64,000 nt of DNA from an uncultured Hyphomicrobiales bacterium (lineage in GTDB: Bacteria > Pseudomonadota > Alphaproteobacteria > Reyranellales > JAQSWP01), in NCBI GenBank assembly GCA_964388115.1, contig CAYLYK010000001.1, positions 1,001,205 through 1,065,204 on the forward strand, read 5' to 3'. Numbering within the stretch: the first letter of the stretch is position 1; the number at the start of each line of letters is the position of its first letter. The position numbers and the translations under genes were made by a program. The notes under the pieces are model-generated. The model was not told the origin of the DNA. It saw only the letters and a list, made by a program, of their open reading frames with translations, and ran no database searches. Shown piece by piece: positions 55,452 to 64,000 of this stretch.

Positions 55452-56420
55452 ATGATCACGCGGCGAAACTTCGTCGTCGGCTCTGCAGCCGCAGCCACCG
55501 CAATTTCCACCTCGCGCTGGGCTTCAGCTCAGGAAATCGACCTGCTCAAGCTGTTCGTGCCGGCAGCGCCAGGCGGCGGCTGGGATCAGACCGCGCGTGC
55601 CATCGAGCAGGCCATGCGCGGCGCCAATCTGATCAAGGGCGCGCAGGTGACCAATGTCGCCGGCGCCGGTGGCGCAGTGGGGTTGCCGCAATTCGTCAAT
55701 CAGTGGAAGGGCCAGAGCAACGCCATGATGGTGGCGGGCATGGTCATGGTTGGCGCGCTCATCGCCAACAAGAGCACCACCAAGCTCACGCAGACGACGC
55801 CGATCGCGCGTCTTACCGGCGAGTTCCAGGCGCTGGTGGTGCCGGCGCAATCGCCGATCAAGAGCGCGAAGGAGTTCGCGGCGGCCTTGAAAGCCGATCC
55901 TACGAAAGTACCGGTGGCCGGCGGTTCCGCGGGTGGCACCGATCACATCATGCTGGGGATGATCGCCCAGGCCGTCGGCGTCGATCCCGCCAAAGTGAGC
56001 TATGTCGCCTTCTCGGGCGGCGGGCCGGCCATCGCCGCGCTGCTGGGCAACCAGGTTGCCGGCGGCATTTCCGGATACGGCGAATTCGGCGAGCAGATCA
56101 AGGCCGGCAAATTGCGATTGCTGGCGATCTCCGCGGACAAGCGGCAGGCCGGTATCGATGCGCCGACACTGAAGGAAGAGGGCATCGACGTCGTGCTGTT
56201 CAACTGGCGCGGCGTGTTCGCTCCACCCGGCGTCAGCGATGTGCAGCGCAATGAAATGGTGACGCTGGTGCAGAAGATGGCGGCGACGCCGCAATGGGCG
56301 GAAATCTGCAAGGCGCGCGACTGGACGCAGATCACTATGGTCGGCGATGACTACAGAAAGTTCCTCGACTCCGAGACCACGCGGATTGAAGCAATTCTGA
56401 AATCGCTCGGCCTGGCCTGA
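55452..56420 (+). CDS. tctC: Tripartite tricarboxylate transporter substrate-binding protein (Bug/TctC family)
   Basis: Tat-like leader MITRRNFVVGSAAAA. VPAAPGGGWDQTARA and GGSAGGTDH motifs. RBS GGGAGAA. Confidence 0.88.
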   Translation: MITRRNFVVGSAAAATAISTSRWASAQEIDLLKLFVPAAPGGGWDQTARAIEQAMRGANLIKGAQVTNVAGAGGAVGLPQFVNQWKGQSNAMMVAGMVMVGALIANKSTTKLTQTTPIARLTGEFQALVVPAQSPIKSAKEFAAALKADPTKVPVAGGSAGGTDHIMLGMIAQAVGVDPAKVSYVAFSGGGPAIAALLGNQVAGGISGYGEFGEQIKAGKLRLLAISADKRQAGIDAPTLKEEGIDVVLFNWRGVFAPPGVSDVQRNEMVTLVQKMAATPQWAEICKARDWTQITMVGDDYRKFLDSETTRIEAILKSLGLA

Positions 56421-56422
56421 CC

Positions 56423-56950
56423 ATGCCGAGCGGCGCCGAGCGATCGGGGGTTCGCTTTGGCGAGCTGGCGGTGGCGCTGGGCGTGCTGGCGTTGGCGGTC
56501 GTCGTCTTTTGGCAGACCGAGGCGATACCTATCTCGCCGATCTACGCCAAGGTAGGCCCCACCGTCATGCCGACCATCGCTGCGGGTGGCCTAGCGTTGC
56601 TGTCGCTTGTCCTGATCGTCTCGGCCGTTCGTGGCGGCTGGCAGAGCGAGGAAGAGCGCGAGACAAAACCTGACTATGTCGCGCTTCTGTGGGTGATCGC
56701 CGGACTGGCGTTGAACGTGCTGCTGATAAACCGCGTCGGTTTCACCCTGGCCTCGATCGTTCTCTTCGTCTGCGTCACGCGCGGCTTCGGTTCGCGCCGT
56801 ATCCTGCTCAATGCCGCGATCGCCGCTGCCTTCGCGCTTGTGGCCTATTTCGGTTTCGCCAAGACGCTGGGCATCAATATCGGCAGTGGTCTTGTCGAGA
56901 ACGCGGTGGAGCAGGGCTTCCGCCATATATACGGGCTGGTGGTGGGCTGA
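56423..56950 (+). CDS. tctB: Tripartite tricarboxylate transporter TctB-family small membrane protein
   Basis: 175 aa with 4 TM segments. Position between tctC and tctA. Confidence 0.75.
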   Translation: MPSGAERSGVRFGELAVALGVLALAVVVFWQTEAIPISPIYAKVGPTVMPTIAAGGLALLSLVLIVSAVRGGWQSEEERETKPDYVALLWVIAGLALNVLLINRVGFTLASIVLFVCVTRGFGSRRILLNAAIAAAFALVAYFGFAKTLGINIGSGLVENAVEQGFRHIYGLVVG

Positions 56951-56951
56951 C

Positions 56952-58490
56952 ATGAACGCTTTCGACTCGTTCGAGTATATCGCCTATGAATTTGTAAACT
57001 CACTCGATCAGCTTCTCGGCGGGCTCGCCACTGCCCTGACGCTGAATAATCTCCTGTGGGCCCTGCTGGGCACCACGCTGGGCACCGCCATAGGCGTGCT
57101 GCCCGGGCTGGGGCCGGCATTGACCATTGCCCTGCTGCTGCCGATCACTTATTCGGTCGAGCCGACGGCGGCCTTCATTCTCTTCGCCGGCATCTATTAC
57201 GGCGCCATGTATGGCGGCTCGACCACGTCGATCCTGCTCAACACGCCGGGGGAAAGCGCAACCATTGTCACCGCGCTGGAAGGCAACAAGATGGCGCGCA
57301 ACGGCCGCGCCGGCGCGGCGCTGGCGACGGCGGCCGTCGGCTCCTTTGTCGCTGGTACGCTGGGCACGCTCGGCATCGCGTTCCTGGCGCCTTTCGTGGT
57401 CGTGTTCGCCTTGAAATTCGGACCCGCCGATTATTTCTCCCTGATGGTTTTGGCCTTCGTCACAGCCTCGGCTGTCCTGGGGTCGTCGATGATCCGCGGG
57501 CTGGCAGCCTTATTCTTTGGTATCTGGCTGGGGTTGATCGGCGTCGATCTCCAGACCGGGCAACCGCGATTCAGTTTTGGCCTTGACGAATTGCTCGACG
57601 GAATCAACGTCATCATCGTCGCAGTGGGATTATTCGCGGTCGGTGAAACGCTTTACGTCGCCTCCCGTCATCGCCATGGCAAGGACCAGCTCGTGCCTTT
57701 GCGCGGCTCGCTATGGATGACAAAGGAAGAGTGGAAACGCTCTTGGGGACCGTGGCTGCGCGGCACGGCGATCGGCTTTCCGATCGGCGCCATGCCTGCA
57801 GGCGGCGCCGAGATTCCGACTTTCCTCAGCTATTACGCAGAGCGCAAGCTGACCTCGAAGCCGGAGGAGTTCGGACACGGCGCCATCGAAGGCGTGGCGG
57901 GACCGGAAGCCGCCAACAACGCGTCAACCGCCGGCGTTCTCGTGCCAATGCTGACGCTTGGCCTTCCCACCTCGGCCACGGCAGCCATCATGCTCTCGGC
58001 GTTCCAGAGCTACGGCATCAATCCAGGACCGCTGCTGTTCCAGACGCAGTCGGCCCTCGTGTGGACGCTGATCGCTTCGCTGGTGATCGGCAACGCGATG
58101 CTGCTGGTGCTGAACCTGCCGCTGATCGCCGTCTGGGTGCAGCTGCTGAAGATCCCGGCACCACAGCTCTATGCTGGCATCCTGATCTTCGCCACCATCG
58201 GCACCTATGGCATCACCCAATCGCCGATCGATCTGTTGCTGCTCTATGTCATCGGCGGCATCGGCTATCTGATGCGGCGCTACGATTTTCCCACCGGGCC
58301 GGTGATCATCGGCGTGATTCTGGGGCCGCTGGCGGAGCAGAATTTCCGCCAGGCGATGACCATTTCGGCCGGCGACTGGACGGTGTTCTTCAGCCGAGGC
58401 CTTTCATTGTCGCTTCTGGTCTTGTCGGCTTTGGCCATCGTCGGTCCATTTCTCTATCGACTCATCAAAGCATCACGTCGCCGAAGCTAG
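56952..58490 (+). CDS. tctA: Tripartite tricarboxylate transporter permease TctA
   Basis: [21 protein letters not shown]...[18 protein letters not shown]... is the typical TctA pattern. The ATG at 56952 is 1 nt after the tctB stop. Confidence 0.9.
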   Translation: MNAFDSFEYIAYEFVNSLDQLLGGLATALTLNNLLWALLGTTLGTAIGVLPGLGPALTIALLLPITYSVEPTAAFILFAGIYYGAMYGGSTTSILLNTPGESATIVTALEGNKMARNGRAGAALATAAVGSFVAGTLGTLGIAFLAPFVVVFALKFGPADYFSLMVLAFVTASAVLGSSMIRGLAALFFGIWLGLIGVDLQTGQPRFSFGLDELLDGINVIIVAVGLFAVGETLYVASRHRHGKDQLVPLRGSLWMTKEEWKRSWGPWLRGTAIGFPIGAMPAGGAEIPTFLSYYAERKLTSKPEEFGHGAIEGVAGPEAANNASTAGVLVPMLTLGLPTSATAAIMLSAFQSYGINPGPLLFQTQSALVWTLIASLVIGNAMLLVLNLPLIAVWVQLLKIPAPQLYAGILIFATIGTYGITQSPIDLLLLYVIGGIGYLMRRYDFPTGPVIIGVILGPLAEQNFRQAMTISAGDWTVFFSRGLSLSLLVLSALAIVGPFLYRLIKASRRRS

Positions 58491-58529
58491 GCGTTGCGCT
58501 CGCCCATCGTATTGCGCTGAAATAGACCG

Positions 58530-59417
58530 ATGAACCCGCTCGATCCGTCCATCGGTCCCACGTCACGCACCTATTTCTCGCAGCGCCTGCGCCTGCACTA
58601 TGTCGACTGGGGCAACCCATCGGCGCCACCGCTGCTTTTGATCCATGGCGGGCGCGACCACTGCCGCAATTGGGATTGGATGGCGGCGCGCCTGCGGAAG
58701 GACTGGCACGTCATCGCGCCCGATCTGCGCGGCCATGGCGACAGCCAGTGGTCGCCGGACGGCAACTACTCGATGTCGGGTTATATCTACGATCTGGCGC
58801 AGCTCATCCATCAGCAGAACCTGGCGCCGGTCACCATCGTGGCGCATTCGCTGGGTGGCAACATCGCCATCCGCTATGCCGGCATCTACCCCGAGAACGT
58901 GCGCAAGCTGGTCGCCATCGAGGGGCTGGGGCCGTCGCCCAAGATGATGGCGGAGCGGATGCGCAAGACGATCGGCGAGCGCATGCGCGAGTGGATCGAC
59001 GAGAATCGCGGCCTTGCCGGGCGCCAGTCGCGCCGCTACGCCTCGATCGAGGACGCCTTCAAGCGCATGCAGGAGGAGAACAAGCATCTCTCGCCCGAGC
59101 AGGCGCGGCATCTGACGCAGCACGGCGTCAGCCAGAACGAGGATGGCACCTACAGCTGGAAGTTCGACAATTACGTGCGTGCCTGGCCGCCCTACGACAT
59201 GACCTACGAGGAGATTGAGTGGCTGTGGCGGCAGATTTCCTGCCCGACCCTGCTGGTCTACGGCAAGGAGAGCTGGGCATCCAATCCTGAAGCCGACGGA
59301 AGAGCGAAACATTTCGCCAACGCCAGGGTGGTATCCTTCGAGCGCGCCGGACACTGGGTGCACCATGACCGGCTCGACGATTTCATGGCCGAGACGGTCG
59401 CTTTCATAAAAGACTAG
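58530..59417 (+). CDS. Alpha/beta-fold hydrolase
   Basis: LLLIHGGRDH (oxyanion region) and nucleophile elbow AHSLGG. C-terminal GHWVHHD. Confidence 0.85.
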   Translation: MNPLDPSIGPTSRTYFSQRLRLHYVDWGNPSAPPLLLIHGGRDHCRNWDWMAARLRKDWHVIAPDLRGHGDSQWSPDGNYSMSGYIYDLAQLIHQQNLAPVTIVAHSLGGNIAIRYAGIYPENVRKLVAIEGLGPSPKMMAERMRKTIGERMREWIDENRGLAGRQSRRYASIEDAFKRMQEENKHLSPEQARHLTQHGVSQNEDGTYSWKFDNYVRAWPPYDMTYEEIEWLWRQISCPTLLVYGKESWASNPEADGRAKHFANARVVSFERAGHWVHHDRLDDFMAETVAFIKD

Positions 59418-60076
59418 TATCGATCGGCGCTGGCGCGATCTGGCGCCCGGAACTGGCGAAGATCATTGGCGCGCATTTCGACCGCATCGCGACGGCGTAG
59501 CCGGCGCGCCTGGACCGGCGTGATCAGCCGGTAATGCGGCGCGTCGTCCAGTGCGCCGGCTACTTCCCAGCAATCGTCCTCGTTGCTGACCCACAGCGCC
59601 GGATCGAAGCGGCGCAAATCGATCGGCCGCGAATAGGTGCGCAAGGTCTTGCGATCACGCTTGGTGTATTCGTGGAAATACGACATCGCCAGTTCGCGCA
59701 GCGTGCGATAGACCGGATCGCGCCAGCGCAGCCAGACATGATTGCTCTTGGAAATGGCGCCCCAGCAGCCATCGCGCTTGAACAGCGCCACGATGTGATC
59801 GTCATCCTCGCGCGAGGCCTGGAAATCCATCAATAGCGGCCGCTCGCCGTTCAGCCACAATGCCAGGGCGGCGATGAAGGCGCCTTCGATGCAATGGGCG
59901 TGGTTGGCCTTCAGTGCATTGCGCACCGACAGGCAGGTGCCGCCGCTACGTTCGAAATTGGCAGGCAACGCTGCAACGAAATCCTGAATCTGCTCGGGTG
60001 TTTTCAGGCGCGCCAGAAGTCGTCGCTCGTCGGCGCTAAGCCCAAGACTGCTGGCGAGATCGTGGCGATTACTCAT
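59414..60076 (-). CDS. Hypothetical protein (220 aa); possible papain/transglutaminase-like Cys-His-Asp fold
   Basis: Start MSNRHDLASS. Candidate catalytic elements NHAHCIEGAFIAALAL and DDDHIVALFKRDGCWGAISKSN. No family recognised with confidence. Confidence 0.55.
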   Translation of the reverse strand: MSNRHDLASSLGLSADERRLLARLKTPEQIQDFVAALPANFERSGGTCLSVRNALKANHAHCIEGAFIAALALWLNGERPLLMDFQASREDDDHIVALFKRDGCWGAISKSNHVWLRWRDPVYRTLRELAMSYFHEYTKRDRKTLRTYSRPIDLRRFDPALWVSNEDDCWEVAGALDDAPHYRLITPVQARRLRRRDAVEMRANDLRQFRAPDRASADRY

Positions 60077-60129
60077 GACAAACGCATTACACCACGAATC
60101 GCGAAGTTTTGCGACCGTTGCGGGGGGCG

Positions 60130-61311
60130 TTATTCGCAACTGCGAGAGTCGTGTTTGCGCTGGTAAGGTCGGTTGTCCGACGCGACGCTGAGCGTGCGCA
60201 GGAAAGAGACCAGGTCGTCGATCTCCTGCGCGGAGAGTCTCAACGCGCGAATCAAATTCTCACCGTCCGAATGCACGCGATCGGGACTGACTTCGGAATA
60301 GTGGCGCACGACGTCGTGCAGCGTCGCCAGCGAGCCGTTGTGCATATAGGGCGCGGTCGTTTCGAGATTGCGCAGGCTCGGCACCTTGAACTCGCCCCAG
60401 TTGCGATGCTGCGGCGCGAGGTGTCGCGTGTGCACGGCATTGGCGCCCGTGGGGTCGTCGTTGAAGCGGCCCAATAGGCTGAACGGCGTTGCTCGCAACG
60501 TCATGATGCCGCCATGGCGGCCGGCATCGACCTTGCCCGGCGCGATGAAATGCGAAATGCCGGTGTCGCCGAATTCGCCGTTGGTGAAGGTCGGGCCGAA
60601 ATGGCAGAGCTGACAATCGCCCTTGCCGACGAAAACCTTCAGCCCGCGCCGCGCCGCTTCCGGATAGGCGATGTCGTCTTTTCCGTCCGCTAGCGCATCA
60701 CGGAAGTTGTCAAAAGCGGAACGGCTGCTGATGAGTGTTTCCTGAAAGGCGGCGATGGCCTTGGCTGCGTTGGCGGTCAAAGTCACGTCGTCGCCGCCGG
60801 AACCGCCGAAGACTTTGCCATAGCGGCAGGCGAGCGCCGTATCGGTGCGCAGGAGGGCGGCGACTTGCGCTTCGCTGGTGCCCATCTCGCGCGCATCGAG
60901 CAACGGTCTGATGGCGCTGGCCCACAGGCTGTCGCTGCCGCCATCCCAGCCGAACCAGCGATTGAAGCGTACGTTGAGCAGTCCGGGCGTATTGCGATCG
61001 ACGACTGTAACGCCTTGCGCCGTCTTCCTGCCGTCGCTCCAGCCGCGTTCGGGAATGTGGCAGGTGGCGCAGGCGACCTGGCCGTTCCCCGACAGTCGCG
61101 TGTCGAAGAAAAGAATCTCGCCCAGCGCGATGGCGTCGGCATTGCCGGAGACGCGATTGCCGGGGTCTTTCGGCATCGCCATTGGCCATGGTCCGTGGCT
61201 GACGATGCGGCGGATTTCCGCTGGCGAGAATTGTGTCGCCTGCTGCGCGCTGCCGCTGGTTGCCACGCCAAGGACGAGCAGCGAGAAGAACAGCAGGCGG
61301 CCAGGTCTCAT
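60130..61311 (-). CDS. Di-haem cytochrome c peroxidase / MauG-like enzyme
   Basis: Signal peptide MRPGRLLFFSLLVLGVATSGSA. Two haem c motifs, CATCH and CQLCH. Also PSLRN...APYMHNG. ATGA overlap with the upstream small gene. Confidence 0.88.
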   Translation of the reverse strand: MRPGRLLFFSLLVLGVATSGSAQQATQFSPAEIRRIVSHGPWPMAMPKDPGNRVSGNADAIALGEILFFDTRLSGNGQVACATCHIPERGWSDGRKTAQGVTVVDRNTPGLLNVRFNRWFGWDGGSDSLWASAIRPLLDAREMGTSEAQVAALLRTDTALACRYGKVFGGSGGDDVTLTANAAKAIAAFQETLISSRSAFDNFRDALADGKDDIAYPEAARRGLKVFVGKGDCQLCHFGPTFTNGEFGDTGISHFIAPGKVDAGRHGGIMTLRATPFSLLGRFNDDPTGANAVHTRHLAPQHRNWGEFKVPSLRNLETTAPYMHNGSLATLHDVVRHYSEVSPDRVHSDGENLIRALRLSAQEIDDLVSFLRTLSVASDNRPYQRKHDSRSCE

Positions 61312-61715
61312 TCGATCTCGATATCGGTGGTGACGCGCGCGGGACCGCCGGGCGCGCGCTGCTCGAAGGCGAGCTGCCACTTGCCGGGCATGTGGAACAT
61401 CATGCCCTCGGCGCGATAGGTGTTCGGGCCGATCGCGGCGATCGTCGGCTGGAAGTTCATGCCGTGGCGATGCGCCGGCATTGTGGCGTCGACGCGCAGG
61501 GTTTCCGGCATTGCCGGGCCGGCGCGATTGCAGACGGCGAACTCGACGGCGAAGAATTCTCCGATCTTCGGCTTCGCCGGCACAAAACGCCATGCGAGCG
61601 CAAAGCCTTTGTCGTCGCTAAGCGCGCGCGCCTGCTCGAGGATTGGCATCTGGCAGGCTAAGCTTTGAGCGGTGCCGGCCAGCAACAGGAAAATCGCTGC
61701 GAGGGCCAATCGCAT
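61308..61715 (-). CDS. Small secreted His/Met-rich protein (YtkA-like Ig-fold, tentative)
   Basis: Signal peptide MRLALAAIFLLLAGTAQSLA. Motifs DATMPAHRHGMN and AEGMMFHMPGKWQLAF resemble YtkA-like/metal-binding domains. Confidence 0.6.
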   Translation of the reverse strand: MRLALAAIFLLLAGTAQSLACQMPILEQARALSDDKGFALAWRFVPAKPKIGEFFAVEFAVCNRAGPAMPETLRVDATMPAHRHGMNFQPTIAAIGPNTYRAEGMMFHMPGKWQLAFEQRAPGGPARVTTDIEIE

Positions 61716-61716
61716 G

Positions 61717-62538
61717 TTATTTCGGCCCGATCTTCATGCCGGCGAACAGCGCCTCGAAGTTCTTGTAGGCGATGCGCTCGGCCAGATCCTGGGGCAGGTC
61801 GGCGAGCCAGGCACGCGACCATCTGGCGTGTTCTTCGATGTAGTACCAGCGCTCGGGCGTGAAGGTGTCGGTGCCGACCATGAAGCGGTCGGGAAATTCG
61901 ACGAAGGCCTCGCGCCATGCGGGGTCGACCTTGCCGCCGCTGCCGTGCTCGCTGCGGAAGGCGAGATCGGCCCAGAGCGTTTTGTATTTGCGCAGCATCT
62001 CGCGCACCTTGTCGGGCGCGGCAAAGCCGGAATGCGCCCACAGGATGCGCGCGTTGGGATTCTGCGCGAACAGTCTGTCGATGGCCTCTGCATCGGAATG
62101 CGCATGCAGGACTAGATTGTTGGCTTTGGCGATCTCGACGATGCGGCGCATGACGGGCGAATCGGCGTCGGCGCCATAGATGTGGAATTCGCCGATGCCG
62201 ACGTAATTGAACTTGGCGATGCGGTCCTGGATATGCGTGATCACCGTCTCGTCGCGGAACCAGGTGCCGAGCTCGCCGCGACTGCGATAGGGACGCAGCT
62301 CAGGCACGATGATGTCGGGCGCCTCGGCATAGAGCTTGAGTGTGCCGTCGTCGGACGAGCTCGACACCAGTGCCTTCTTCAGTCCGGCCTTGCGCAAAAC
62401 CGCGATCGCCTCCTTTGGCGGCAGCATGTCCCAGGCGTCGTGGCTATAATGGATATGCGCATCGATGACGGGTATGTCGGCCGCACGCGCGCTGGACAGC
62501 GCAAGAGCGGCGATGAAACAGGCGAGCAGAAAGCGCAT
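61717..62538 (-). CDS. Secreted TIM-barrel metal-dependent amidohydrolase (Amidohydro_2-like)
   Basis: Signal peptide MRFLLACFIAALALSSARA, then IPVIDAHIHY (HxH), LVLHAHSD, WAHSG and VGTDT. RBS GGGAGAA. The 538-aa ORF-track call is an upstream run-on. Confidence 0.8.
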   Translation of the reverse strand: MRFLLACFIAALALSSARAADIPVIDAHIHYSHDAWDMLPPKEAIAVLRKAGLKKALVSSSSDDGTLKLYAEAPDIIVPELRPYRSRGELGTWFRDETVITHIQDRIAKFNYVGIGEFHIYGADADSPVMRRIVEIAKANNLVLHAHSDAEAIDRLFAQNPNARILWAHSGFAAPDKVREMLRKYKTLWADLAFRSEHGSGGKVDPAWREAFVEFPDRFMVGTDTFTPERWYYIEEHARWSRAWLADLPQDLAERIAYKNFEALFAGMKIGPK

Positions 62539-62570
62539 CGGTTTCTCCCGAAAGGCGGACCCGCAGTTTA

Positions 62571-63263
62571 TCAGACCGCCCCGGTCCAACCCATGGCTTT
62601 CAGCGCCACAATCATGTGATCCGGCGGCGGGGCGATGATGGTGACTGGCGGTTTGCCGTCTTCGATCGGCACCGACACGGCGCGGGCGTGCAGCATCAAC
62701 GGCTCTGTAGGCGGGCGGGTTGGCCCATAGATCGGATCGCCGGCCACGGGGAACCCGAGCTCGGCGCAGTGGATACGGATCTGGTGCGTACGGCCGGTTT
62801 GGGGCGTCAACTCCAGCCAGCTTCGCTTGCCGTCGCTGCCGCGAAGCTTGTAATCGGTGCGCGCCGGTTGGCCGGTGGGATCGGGCACGATACGCCAGCC
62901 CTGTCGGCCGGTGACTTTCAGCAGCGGCATGTCGATGGTGCCGCTGTCGGAAGGCGGCTTTCCCTCGACGATAGCCCAGTAGGTCTTGCCGACCTTGTTG
63001 TTGGCGAACAGCTCGCCGAGCTTGCGCAGCGCTCGCTTGTTGCGACCCAGCACCAGGCAGCCGCTGGTGTCTCGGTCGAGTCGGTGGCCGAGCTGCGGCA
63101 GTTCCTTGTAGCCGAACTGCAGATGCGGCAGCAGCTGTTCGAGGCTCTCCTCGGTCTTCGGACCTTTGTGCACGGCAAGCCCGGCCGGCTTGTTCAAAAC
63201 CAGCAGCAGCTTGTCGCGATAGAGTACGCGCGCCTGAATTTCCGACGAGGATAACTGAGCCAT
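62571..63263 (-). CDS. RluA-family pseudouridine synthase
   Basis: LLLVLNKPAGLAVH...HRLDRDTSGCLVLGRN...TGRTHQIRIHCAELGFPVAGDPIYG. Confidence 0.88.
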   Translation of the reverse strand: MAQLSSSEIQARVLYRDKLLLVLNKPAGLAVHKGPKTEESLEQLLPHLQFGYKELPQLGHRLDRDTSGCLVLGRNKRALRKLGELFANNKVGKTYWAIVEGKPPSDSGTIDMPLLKVTGRQGWRIVPDPTGQPARTDYKLRGSDGKRSWLELTPQTGRTHQIRIHCAELGFPVAGDPIYGPTRPPTEPLMLHARAVSVPIEDGKPPVTIIAPPPDHMIVALKAMGWTGAV

Positions 63264-63377
63264 GGCCGGGACTTGGCCGCAAACCCATGCCCCGGTCAAC
63301 CCGGCTGTCATTGACCACATGCCGCCCGCGCACCTAGGCTGCAGCCAGTGCCCTTCTCCAGCCCTGCGAGCCCATAG

Positions 63378-64000
63378 ATGAAGATCGATCCCCGCATTGC
63401 CGCTTCCCATACCGAGCTGACCGATATCCGTCGCGACTTCCATGCCCATCCCGAGCTCGGCTACGAGGAGTTCCGCACCAGCGAGATCGTGGCGCGTAAG
63501 CTGAAGGAATATGGTTGCGACGTCGTCACCGGCATCGCCAAGACCGGCGTCGTCGGCACCATCCGGGTCGGCAATTCGCCGCGCGCCATCGGGTTGCGCG
63601 CCGACATGGACTGCCTGCCGATGGACGAGCTCAACACCTTTGCCCACAAATCCACGCATAAGGGGCGCATGCACGGATGCGGCCATGACGGGCACACCAC
63701 CATGCTGCTTGGCGCGGCCAAGTACCTGTCGGCGACGCGCAACTTCGAAGGCGCGGTGCATTTCTTCTTTCAGCCGGCGGAAGAGGGTGGTGGCGGCGGC
63801 CGCGTGATGGTCGAAGAGGGCTTGTTCGACAAATTTCCCTGCGAGTCGGTGTTCGGCATGCACAACCGGCCCAGCCTCCCGGTCGGCTCCTTCGCCGTAC
63901 GCAGCGGGCCGATGATGGCGGCGGCCGGCCGTTTCGACATCAACATCACGGGCAAAGGCACGCACGGGGCGCGGCCCGAGACCGGCATCGACCCGGTGCT
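63378..64000 (+). CDS. M20-family amidohydrolase (hippurate hydrolase-like), partial; paralogue of 12839-14032
   Basis: Open-ended and not in the ORF track. My translation from the ATG at 63378 gives MKIDPRIAASHTELTDIRRDFHAHPELGYEE...GLRADMDCLP...MHGCGHDGHTTMLLGAAKYL...FQPAEEGGGGG. Confidence 0.88.
   Translation, partial: MKIDPRIAASHTELTDIRRDFHAHPELGYEEFRTSEIVARKLKEYGCDVVTGIAKTGVVGTIRVGNSPRAIGLRADMDCLPMDELNTFAHKSTHKGRMHGCGHDGHTTMLLGAAKYLSATRNFEGAVHFFFQPAEEGGGGGRVMVEEGLFDKFPCESVFGMHNRPSLPVGSFAVRSGPMMAAAGRFDINITGKGTHGARPETGIDPV

Noticed and set aside
62539-63965. Upstream extensions of ORFs 61717-63333 (538 aa) and 62571-63965 (464 aa)
   Set aside because: The real genes are the 273-aa secreted amidohydrolase (start 62538, RBS GGGAGAA) and the 230-aa RluA-family synthase (start 63263). 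The extensions overlap neighbouring genes and are R/A/G-rich.

Overview
High-GC (roughly mid-60s % by eye) chromosomal segment with alphaproteobacterial hallmarks: ALA-synthase hemA, a GTTC-N7-GTTC LexA box, an imuA-imuB-dnaE2 cassette, Bug/TTT transporters and a DUF1849/EipB-like protein. It is densely coding, with about 60 genes. I see no rRNA, tRNA, CRISPR, IS or prophage signal. Most genes are transport and catabolism: two Dpp-like peptide ABC sets, two Liv-like ABC sets, TctCBA, aminotransferase, M20 amidohydrolases, alkyl-sulfatase and ureide-type enzymes. Housekeeping genes include hemA, pyrE and rluA. Stress and repair modules include a phr-cfa photo-oxidative operon, USP and SRAP. Most annotated ORFs longer than 100 aa that lie opposite or out of frame to these genes are GC-driven shadow ORFs. 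Many true starts are downstream of the ORF-track start, and I re-derived them from RBS and overlap context. The observations most worth follow-up are: (1) a VapBC-type toxin-antitoxin pair wedged tightly between imuB and dnaE2 inside the LexA-boxed mutagenesis cassette; (2) an all-secreted, translationally coupled trio of amidohydrolase, small His/Met-rich YtkA-like protein and MauG/CCP-like di-haem enzyme; (3) a five-gene co-directional module of ECF sigma, anti-sigma, LTXXQ protein, DUF1800 and DUF1501; (4) a DUF427 gene sandwiched between ureidoglycolate-lyase-like and allantoate-amidohydrolase-like genes; (5) an SRAP (YedK-like) gene coupled to a small unknown partner; (6) recognisable regulatory sites, namely FNR/FixK boxes at hemA and usp, an ECF11 (RpoE-ChrR)-type promoter at phr, and a LexA box at imuA. 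All family assignments come from motif recognition by eye, and no database search was possible.
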